A stretch of 64,000 nt of DNA, taken from the NCBI GenBank assembly GCA_964016885.1, contig OZ024743.1:346642001-346706000 (forward strand), given 5' to 3'. This DNA comes from Eledone cirrhosa. Taxonomy: Eukaryota. The position numbers and the translations under genes are program-made. Every line of letters starts with the position of its first letter. The first letter of the stretch is position 1. A model generated the notes under the pieces. It made no database searches, was not told the DNA's origin, and worked only from the letters and a program-made list of their open reading frames with translations. This document shows positions 53,161-64,000 of this stretch, piece by piece.

Positions 53161-53390
53161 AAATTAATAAAAGGACTATTTTTTAAAGCCTTCATTACGT
53201 TTATTGATCAGCTCGAAGTTCGATCTGTATCGATCTGGCCCGACTTTGGAATCAAAATATTGTCAGACCTCTGCTGTAGTAATGGTAAAATGAATATATA
53301 AGGTATATAAATGTCTAATGTTTCGAGTTCATATGAACCTACTGTAACTGCACGTTACACTCCCTTGACACATATATATATATATATATG

Positions 53391-53488
<98 letters not shown>

Positions 53489-53869
53489 TAAGCAACACAA
53501 AACATAAACATGACGTAAGATGATGGAAATCCCAAAAATATTTAGTGCAACTTCCTTGTTCAGTTGGTAGAGAGTGAAGAAAGGGTACAAGAAAGCAAGA
53601 ATGAAAGAAAATGAAAAAAAGTGGAGAATGCTGAAATAATGTTGGGCTTGCTTTTTAAAGGAGAGGCTAGCGCGGTCACAGGAGATGTAAGCATAAAAAC
53701 TAAAGCAAAGGTGAAAAGGTTAATGTGAGCAGAGAGAAAAGTACATTCTTGTATAGCTAAGGGTGTGTACGTAAATAAGTCATAAACTAGCAAGCACACA
53801 GAGAAGAGTGTGCAACTAGATTCTAATACATGCATACACACAATCACACACACAATCATGCAGAATAAG

Positions 53870-53950
<81 letters not shown>

Positions 53951-55175
53951 ATATATAACTGTGTGTGTGTGTGTATGTGTAAATGTATGTTGAACCACTG
54001 AGAGTGAAGGACCCCTAGACTTTGTCAGGGTGTTCTTCTAGGAGAAGGCAACTCAGGAAACTGGGATAACTCCGATATAAAACCTGCGGCACAGTAGTTA
54101 CCGATGAAGTTGTTCTTTTCTTCTTTTCGGGTTATAGCTACTGTCGCTCAGAGAGTGGGATTGGCTCAGTGCACAGTCTTTCCTCACGTAAAAAAAAATC
54201 TTCACGTACAGGCATTGCACGATAGAATTAATTAATAATTATTTATAATGTTATATTTTGCAATGGCCATACTCGATAACGAGTGGGCAGCCCTCATGTT
54301 TGTATATTAATTCAAGAGAACGTGACTCTGATAAGTCTAGTTCTATTTCTATCATTAGTAAATCACCTGGTGAATTCTCCAAGAGACTTTCTGATCTAGG
54401 CTTGTAAGAGTAATCTATAAAAATAATTGTTCCAAATTTACTCGAATTATTGAAAATTCTGGTTCGTAACAGAATGCTTTAATTTATTATATAAATATGT
54501 GCATATGTGTGTGCGTTCATGCGCCTGTGTATTTGTGTATATATGTATGTATGTTTGAACATACATATACATACATATATATATATACATACAGACGTAC
54601 GTGCACACACATTTAGACAGACATTTATTTAAATTGTAGCCTGTGTATTACTATATCTATCTATCAATGTGGTTGTTTCTAATGATTTCACCGTTGACAT
54701 TACAAGTGGCCGATGATGATGATGATGATGATCATGATGATGCTGAACTTGAGAAGGAGTAGGTAGAGGAGGTGTAGGAAGTGTTGAGATGTGTCTATTA
54801 CATTCCAGATTTCCAATGTACTCTACTCGGACAATATGTAGAGCCGGAGGGTAAGGGTTGGAGTAGTCTGTTGCAGAGATCGATCATATATTGTAAATAT
54901 TTACAAACAGGCAAGGGTGGTGTGTTGACAGAGAACTAACTACTCACTCACTAAATTACTGTATGGTGTTGAGTTACACAGAGAGATCTGGCAAAAGAAT
55001 CTGCAATGGATTCCAGTTTTATTGATAATAGCATGGATCAGTAGAACTGGCACAACGACACGTACGAATAGGCACTAGCGTGCATATTGGTCATTCCCCT
55101 ATGTATGCATGAATATATCTATGTACACATGTATGTCTACATGTATAGGTGTATGTATGTGAAAATGTATGTACG

Positions 55176-55228
<53 letters not shown>

Positions 55229-56009
55229 GTATGTCTGAAAGTATGAATGCGTGTCCGTGGGTACGTGTGTATGTATGTCTGTATGTATGTCTGTATGCAT
55301 ACATGTATGTCCACATGAATGTATGTACATACGTATATATGTACGTATGTATGTACGTAAGATCAAGATTTATATTTTTCAATTTTCTATCCAACAGAGA
55401 GTCGGTTTCTAATCCTGGAAGTAGTCATTTTATAAGTAATTATGTTAGTTTACATGTTTTTATAGAATTTAACTTATGCCAAAATTTCCGTGGGGGAATA
55501 CAAATCAAACTAACTAATACAAGAGAGATTCGTTTGCATCTAATGCCTAACTGCAGTTACTGGTATTAAGAAAAAATATTAATTATCTTTATAAATCAAA
55601 GCAACCAGCATTGGAAGAAAATTCCATCATCAGGATATTTTGGAAGTAGAAAAAAATATTCATCAGTTATTATGAAAAACAAGGTGGTACAGAGCTTATC
55701 TTTATTAAAGCAGTATGGTGCATCCAGAGACACGCTTGCGTAGTTTGATCACAAAAATGAATATCTCTTTATCAACGACAATATGACAGGTTTGTAATGA
55801 TGCTAGAAATGGTACCCCATAAACCTGTCTACAAAGAGTCAAGAATAAAGGAGTAGTAATTATCTAACAAAGAAAAAAAACATTGTCATTTATATATGAG
55901 TCTTTTCAATTAGGAATATGATGAGAGCGGAATTATGTTATATTAGTTGGTTTGGTTTGTATTACCTGATGGAGAATTTGGTATAAGCTAAACTATGTTT
56001 ATATGCATC

Positions 56010-57050
56010 TCTGGTCAGTAGTTGCAGCTAAAATCTACAACAGAATGCTACAAAAGAGAATAAATCGAAATGGTTTCAGACATAATATATCAACTGTCTC
56101 ACAAATATTGGCACTGTGGGGTCTACTAGAGGGCGGGCAATCAAAGAACCCTAAAGCTGTACTAAGTTTGATTGACTTAAACAAAAATGTTTGTCTCCAT
56201 GAATAGAGGATAATTATGTCAATCCTGGTTGCATATGACATACCAGATGCCATAGTTTTTGCTATAAATATACTCTAGATAAATGCCGAAGCACAAGTAA
56301 TCTCTCCTGGTGGTAATAACGAGTTTTCTTTTAGATTTTAGAAAATGTTCTTCAATGTGACATATTGGCACCATATATTAGTACAACTGTTATATGTGAT
56401 ACATATTTTTTTCGGGTGACATAGCTCTTCTAAAAATGCAATCGATCAAACGCAAGAAACTCTTCATAAAGCCGAATTCTCAGCCAGGAAATTTGATCTA
56501 CACATAAGTGTGACTATATCCAGTAGATGATATTCTATATTCGAGTTGCTGGATAAGTTCATCAAAAAGGACATTGGCATTAGAATTTCCAAAGTCTGGG
56601 CTACATTGAACAGATTGGAAAGAATATGGAAGTCAGATCTACCCAGAAAAAGAAAATTATCATTTTTGCGAACATCTGTTGAGTCAGTCTTGTATGAATC
56701 AGTTACATGAACCCTGCCACAGCACTTGAGAAGAAACTAGATGGAACATACATTAAAATGTTTAGGGCTGTACAAAACATAAACTGGCATTAACGTATTA
56801 CAAATGAAAGTGTATATGGAAACCAAAATAACAACCAAAGTTGCTCAAATACGGTTACGATTCACAGGATATTCCTGGAGAAGAAAGCGGGAAGTTATAC
56901 ACAATCTAATATTGTGGGAACCAACTTACGGGAGACGTAGTAGAAAAAGTCGTGCTCGAACCTTTCTTAATCAACTCTCGGCGATACAAACTTCAGTCAC
57001 AGGAATGTTCATCTGTGGACGCAATGATGATGATTATGATGATGATCATA
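56010..57050 (+). mobile_element. Decayed RTE-clade LINE (RT to 3' end) with (GAT)n tail
   Basis: SVVAAKIYNRML, NGFR..STVSQILAL, AYDIPD, VLQxDxLAPY, KKLDGTYxxMFRAV, RLRFTG..W, LILWEP. (GAT)n at about 57024-57046. Confidence 0.8.
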
Positions 57051-57457
57051 TTCATCGAGATGCGGTATTGAAGTGGAAGAATATATTTGAGTTACATGTG
57101 CAAGTATATACGTGTGAATATAGAGTATACAACATGCCACATTTCTGGAACATTATACGTAAATTTCCAGTTCCATTAATGCAGTGTCTGTTTGTGAAAA
57201 TATGCGCACACTTACGCACTAACACACAGACATATGCACACACGTATGCATACACCCATCCTCACCATATATATATATATATACATATACGGGATAACAG
57301 GTTATCGTTATGGCAGTCCACTTAGATGTAGTCCAGTTGGAGTAGTTCTTGTAGTGGATAGTATTAACGTGTGGCTTAGTTTGACTCAACAAGACGTGTT
57401 CATAGTGATGCTGCGAGTTCGCGGTGATTTCTATGTAGTTTATACTTGGAGTAATAA

Positions 57458-57676
57458 TAATTCAAGAAAGAAGATTGACATGGTTCGCTATACAATAAGG
57501 TCTTTATTCACATTGCTGACAATTGATTTTTGATCTGACAGGTCTAGAGTTCGCTATACGCCTGATTTTACGCCAAATCAGGCGTATAGCGAACTCTAGA
57601 CCTGCCATATCAAAGAAACAATTGTCAGCAATGTGAATCCTTATTGTATAGCGAACCATGTCAATCTACTTTCTTG

Positions 57677-57681
<5 letters not shown>
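57458..57681. repeat. Imperfect fold-back inverted repeat
   Basis: Centre GCCTGATTT-TACGCC-AAATCAGGC. Shares TTGCTGACAATTGTTTCTT with the inverted repeat at 1023-1415. Confidence 0.9.
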
Positions 57682-57745
<64 letters not shown>

Positions 57746-57787
57746 AATAGAGAAATTAATGTGACCAAGAAGCCACCAATATTTCAT

Positions 57788-57893
57788 ACCCGCCGAGGTT
57801 GGCTTTGCCTTTCATTCTTACGGGGTCGATAAAATAAAGTACCAGTAATGCACTGGGTTATTGCTGGCCTTGTGCCTAAAGTAGAAACAAGTA
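57788..57893 (+). mobile_element. 5'-truncated tRNA-SINE copy
   Basis: Core and tail only. Confidence 0.8.
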
Positions 57894-57900
57894 TTTCATA

Positions 57901-57933
<33 letters not shown>

Positions 57934-58324
57934 TATAGTAATAATAATAAATTTGAAGACTAAAATCCAAAGAGGGCTCGATAAGGATGAATATATATCA
58001 AATATATAAGAACCCTAGACCAAATATTTTTCAGAAGATCCCGTTAACTGTGAAAGCAGCGATTCTTTGCTTAATCTTTAATCTGTTATTTTAATTAATA
58101 AATAAAAAAATATATACATATATATATATATATGTGTGTGTGCGTGTGTGTGTGTGTGTGTGTTTTGCGAGGTTTTTAACCGTTGGTCAGTCAATGGTGA
58201 ACATTGAGGACCGAATGAATTAACTGATATAAAAGATACAGAAGCGAAAACCAACCAAACAGTGAGGGTGTTCTGTTATTAATTCTGGCAATATTATTAC
58301 AACAATATGACCCTCCCTAAGTAT

Positions 58325-58417
<93 letters not shown>

Positions 58418-58959
58418 CGTTATTCCTGGGGTAAACAACGTTCAGCAGTCAACGTGATATTTTGATTTCTGCGGTTAAATAGGGTCAATACTTAAGTCGA
58501 TTTATTAGTTTCGTTTGTAGATAGGAACGGAATTGTCTGCTATAGTGTATCATAAAGGATCACAAAGTATAACGAAAGCAAAATTGAAGAAAGAAATCAG
58601 TTCAGAATATATGTATTATGTTACACATGCTTCAGCACTGGTCACGCTCAAAATCACCATAGATTATTTAACATTACATATCTGTTTTTAACGACTTCAG
58701 TGACCTAAGGTTTCCGATCATGCAGTTACAACATTTTAAGTAATCGACGACGGTTTTGAGCTTGATCACTGATGAAACGTGCGGAATAATCTTATGTTAA
58801 TGTAATCTCTCTCCTATGGCTATATGCAAATCATAAAGCGAGTGAGTACCATACATCACAACAGATACCGCGATCGATATGATCCCTTAAAATCTCTAAC
58901 GGCACAAATCCAATAGAGTTAAAATAGTAAAGGAAATAAATGAAAATACATACGGAGCT

Positions 58960-59520
58960 CATAGATTTGATTCAACCGATTTGTTTGTGGTCTATATCTG
59001 GGTCTCCCACTGGTTGGCTTTGTCCGTAAACTCTGTCCAGCGATTCTTCCTTTAGACATTTTAAGCACCTGACCGTAAAATATGAATCTGTGATCTCTCG
59101 ATTCAGCGTTGTAGCAACTTTATTAGAGCGACTGCCTGATATCCGCATTACGGACCCTATCAAGTAACGTTATTCCAAGGACCCTTCTAGGGTACCACAT
59201 ATGTAAGTGTAGACACAAGCTGAAGATTACGTGTTTCCTTTTTACACCTACCTCCCTTCTTCTGATGAGACAGTGCTGAGGCAGGCACATTACAGTAAGA
59301 TTTCCTTGAACTACTCCACCAGTTAAACTCCACATAAATACGATTTACACTGCGCAGGCCTTCTTTAGGGACGAGCGTCTCACTCTTCGTAAAATAGATT
59401 TTCATTCCTAACGTGGAGCAATAGGCAGCAATCCCATCCAGTGCTGTCAGAGATCACCTTGTAGAGAGTTAAATAATACCATATCGTCTGAAAATTTCAG
59501 CAGTTTTATCCTACATCCGT
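58960..59520 (-). mobile_element. Decayed RTE-like LINE, 3' half of RT
   Basis: MKIYFTKSETLV (region after YADD) and RRVLGITLLDRVRNADIRQSL...GRPR-like C-terminal motifs. Confidence 0.7.
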
Positions 59521-59569
59521 ATGTGTAACTCGTCTGACGGGCGGACTGGATCTCTGGCAAAGCATCAAA

Positions 59570-60230
59570 GGAATGACAATCGCGAGAGATAATCTCTAGT
59601 GTTCAAAATAGGAGACAAGAAAGATTTCTAATTATAATTGTTTCTACTTTTGGCACAAGGCCAGCAATTACCACAGTGTATTACTGGTACTTTATTTTAT
59701 CGACCCCGTAAGGATGAAAAGCAAAGTTAACCTCGGCAGGATTTGAACTTAGAATGGCAAGGGCCGTAACTATATGCTGAAAAGCATGGTGTCCGATCCT
59801 CTACCGATCCTGCCAATCCACGGAATTGTATCTCTTTGTGTAACCACCTTGGTAAACTCTATACGAAATGTCTACCGGAGAGATGTAGGAATGTTGTCGA
59901 ATCCAAGCTAATTGAGGCATAATAGACGCAGCAAGCCGACTAAATATTCCACAGTATTATAGGCCATCGAGAAATCAGGGGAGTATTGCCAAGAGTGTAC
60001 GCGTGTTCCCTAGTCCCTGAAAGGTTATTCGACAACTTTACACGGGACTTCTTGTGGAAGGTTCACCAGGATTATGGGATCGATGTATAGTTTCTTGTTT
60101 CCTTGAATGTCAAAGAAATCTTTCAGATAAATGGTGAAAATAATTCACAGTGTCTGCCGGACTTCACCAAGGGAACGTACTGCTCCTAATCTGCATGAAC
60201 AAGAATTGGCATGCGCAGCCGGTTTGGATG
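59570..60230 (+). mobile_element. Decayed RTE-like LINE, 5' half of RT in opposite orientation, interrupted by a SINE at 59634-59821
   Basis: FKIGDKKDFSNY|[SINE]|GI.LCNHLGKLYTKCL...LWKV..DYGI...GLHQG. Confidence 0.65.
59634..59821 (-). mobile_element. tRNA-SINE copy inserted in an RTE relic
   Basis: Reverse complement of the family consensus. Confidence 0.85.
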
Positions 60231-60248
60231 TAAAGTCATATATATATA

Positions 60249-60440
60249 TCATCATCATCATCATCATCAACGTTTAACGTCCGTGTTCCACGCTTGCATG
60301 GGTTTGGACGGGGGTAGTCCCACTTGAGGCAAGAGTGATTGTCTTGCTCGCGTAGGACTGTCTGGCAGGTTTTCTACAGTTGGATGCCCTTCCTAACACC
60401 AACCACATTTACAGTGTGGGTCTGGGAGGTTTTTACCGTG
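60249..60440 (-). mobile_element. 3' end of a (GAT)n-tailed SINE/LINE-like repeat
   Basis: (CAT)n followed by CGTTTAACGTCCGTGTTCCACGCTTGCATGGG...GGATGCCCTTCCTAAC on the plus strand. Confidence 0.55.
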
Positions 60441-60577
60441 TTGCCTACACGGCCATATTACAGCGTGGACTGTGTGTTTTTTTGTCGTGACACCTACACG
60501 ATCTCATTTGTTTCGGCCTGGATGGTGTGGCACCAACATAACTTTACATAGAACGGGGTGGTGTGGTATATATATAT

Positions 60578-61731
60578 AGTAATAATAATAAATTTGAAGA
60601 CTAAAATCCAAAGAGGGCTCGATAAGGATAAATATATGTCAGATATATAAGAACCGTAGAGAAAATATGTTAATACCATTACCTATTCGTATAGGTACGG
60701 ATATAATACCTGTATGTTTTGTGAAGGTACGTATACTTTCTCGTACGTATATTTTCTTGTATATGTTATTGGCGTATATATTATATATACTGGTACATGT
60801 GCATTTGGTTATGTGTATGCGTGAGTTTTGCGTCTGTGTGGGTATGCGGGTTCGTACGTATGCTGGGTGTGTGTATAATTGTACTTTGTGTTCTGGTTGA
60901 CGTCATCCGGAAAACATGTGTATTTACATGTGGGTGTGTGTGTGCGCGCGTTATATACGTATTTATGTGTGTATATTTATATACGTTTATTTAATTATGT
61001 ATACACACACACATGTATGTAAATATATATGTTTCTATTTATTTGTATGTGTATTTGGTGTATACGTTCGTATGTACATGCGTTGCGTGGGCTGTATGTG
61101 TGTTTGTGTGTGTGTTTTTTTTTTTTTTTTTTTGTGTACGTGCTTATATTTGCATACCCATGGGGAGTGTTTTCGCGTATGATTGTATATGTACGTATAT
61201 GGATGTGTGCATGTATATATTTAATTGCATTTACCTCTGTATTTTATTTATTTTTTTTACTTTATTCTTAACTCTGTAGCCGATAATCATTCGGTTTCCT
61301 AGATAGAATTTTACTCTACGACTTCAGTTATACCATTTACGTGGTTTTGTCTTTGCGTGTAATTGTTCTCATTGGTCCACATAATGACGTATTATCTTCG
61401 TTTTTTCGTTCATTGCCAGAGAACGTCTCCATGAACCACCTAATAGAATATTAGTCTACGACTTCATTTATACCATAAACGTGGTTTTGTCTTCGCGAGT
61501 AATTGTTTCACTGCACCAAATAATGACGTATTATCTTCGTTTTTTTTCGTTCTTTGCCAGGGAACGTTTCCACGAACCAAAGTATCGTCTTCCTGTCTTC
61601 CTTCGGTTGCAACGTTTTTTGAAATATTTACTTCTGCGTTCACAGATTGACTTTTTTAGTTTCAGAAGACCCCGTTAAGGGTGAAAGCAGTGATTATTTG
61701 CTTAAACTTTAATCTGTTATTTTAATAAAAA

Positions 61732-61735
<4 letters not shown>
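60578..61735 (+). mobile_element. Longest member of a (TA)n-embedded non-coding family; shorter members at 41806-41925 and 57937-58110
   Basis: Common start TAGTAATAATAATAAATTTGAAGACTAAAATCCAAAGAGGGCTCGATAAG and common hammerhead-like end. Internal direct repeat of about 140 bp at 61303-61579. Confidence 0.75.
61658..61708 (+). ncRNA. Hammerhead-like motif with non-canonical CAGAAGA core (copies at 41853-41903, 58027-58077, partial at 37261-37302)
   Basis: AGUUU/AAACU stem I; CAGAAGA; CCC-guuaa-GGG; GAAA; GCA...UGC; CUU triplet. Confidence 0.62.
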
Positions 61736-61792
<57 letters not shown>

Positions 61793-61927
61793 GAGTTAAA
61801 CAATATTCAATGAATATATCAAAGAATGAGTTTTACAGTAGATTGGAAGCACCCTATGGTAAATAATTTTCCAGAGTTATTAATATTAAAATACAAATAA
61901 TAATAAAATAGATGTTCTTTTTATCAA

Positions 61928-61988
61928 TTACATTTTATTATACATATTTCAGATGTACAATAGTACGTCCTCATCAGACAAGATATAA
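61928..61988 (-). ncRNA. Type I hammerhead motif
   Basis: UUAUAUCUUGU/AUAAAAUGUAA stem I; CUGAUGA; GGACGUAC-uauu-GUACAUCU; GAAA-UAUGUA-UA. Confidence 0.78.
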
Positions 61989-62039
61989 TGATACATGACA
62001 TACCCTGAGATGTTAAATGGTTAAGATTTAATCAAGGAA

Positions 62040-62168
<129 letters not shown>

Positions 62169-62294
62169 AGTTATTCCGGGTTGAATCGGAGGTAACCACA
62201 GTAAGTAAGGTACTCAATACATAGCAGAGTATAACAGTTTTAATATAGAAGAGCTTCTACAGGACTAGAACTGTTTCATTCGTGAGAAATCATC

Positions 62295-62345
62295 AGCTTC
62301 CTGATGATTTCTCACGAATGAAACAGTTCTAGTCCTGTAGAAGCT
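62295..62345 (+). ncRNA. Type I hammerhead motif, paralog of 47886-47936
   Basis: AGCUUC/GAAGCU; CUGAUGA; GAAA; CAG...CUG; GUA triplet. Lies within palindrome 62243-62354. Confidence 0.82.
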
Positions 62346-63261
62346 CTTCTATATATATATATATATATAATTCGAAATTTGAATGTCACTATAAAGGGGA
62401 TTGGACGGAAAATAATTAAGTCGTAAGAAACGGTGGTGGGGGGTGGGGGGTATTTCTTAACTTAATTTATTCATATGTCCTGATATTTGGAGATTAATAT
62501 CTCTTCTTCCGAGGAAAATAAAGGAACTATTTCAGTGTCCGATGCGGCTTGTGGATATAATTATGTATGTGCGCATTTATACCCGTTTATGGAAACATCG
62601 AATTAATCAGGGTTTCATATCTGCCTTCCCATGGCCTGACAGCATAAACTATCACACATGATGTTAAACACATCATAAGTGTCCTCCATTGTTTTATTGT
62701 CCTCCATGGTTTTATTGTACATAAAATGTGGATACTTTTGCAACTCAAAGTAAGAATCTGGATGCTTTTGCAACTCTAAGTAAGAAGATGGACTGACAGT
62801 TTTTTTTTAATACATAGATAATTTTAATTTATTTACTTTGTATTGAGTATTTTTACAGTTGACGTATATAATATGCTTGATATATACGTACATATATATT
62901 AGAAATGTATCGGTGTCATATTTGTCACACAAAGTCAAGAACAAACGTCCAAGAATAACCACAAACAATCAATACATACATACACACATAGAAACATTCA
63001 TACATACATGCATACATATAAGCATAGGCACATACATACATACAAATGTATATACATATATAAATACGTTTACAATTATGCGAATACATACGCAGACTAT
63101 TCTAAAATCCAAAAGGACATTCTCACGCATATATACGCTAGCAACTGCAAACCATTAAATGAAGCAATTATATTTACACACAATATACACAATCCCCTCC
63201 CAAAATCCGCACATGAAAACACATAACCTTTCTCTCACACACAAACTCACGCAAAATTAAA

Positions 63262-63970
<709 letters not shown>

Positions 63971-64000
63971 ATAATAAGCTAATAGATGCTACCATGCAGT

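Noticed and set aside
52663-53859. Possible host exons (ORFs 52663-52890 and 53560-53859)
   Set aside because: No recognisable domain, no ATG-initiated context and no convincing splice pattern. Small exons cannot be excluded without RNA-seq.

Overview
AT-rich, microsatellite-saturated eukaryotic non-coding DNA. The (TA)n/(CA)n/(GA)n/(ATT)n density and the SINE families resemble a coleoid cephalopod, probably Octopus (inference). I cannot support any host protein-coding exon; nearly all short ORFs are microsatellite translations. The window is a transposon landscape with three main themes. (1) A same-strand stack at 14.3-26.2 kb runs CRE-like RLE fragment > SINE 3' end > (ATT)n > chimeric, endonuclease-deleted Tx1/L1-clade LINE > (ATT)n > full-length Tx1 LINE with intact ORF1 and ORF2 > (ATT)n. 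The LINE 3' end resembles the 3' end of the dominant tRNA-SINE, which itself forms (ATT)-joined tandem arrays and a mobile dimer. (2) Several distinct non-coding families of apparent Penelope origin sit in (TA)n, form fold-back or inverted-repeat structures, and carry type I hammerhead ribozyme motifs. One family shows a compensatory stem I change, and another has a fixed non-canonical CAGAAGA core. (3) There are decayed RTE, R4/NeSL-like, Penelope GIY-YIG, Helitron and hAT relics. All alignments and folds were done by eye; coordinates of decayed elements are approximate.
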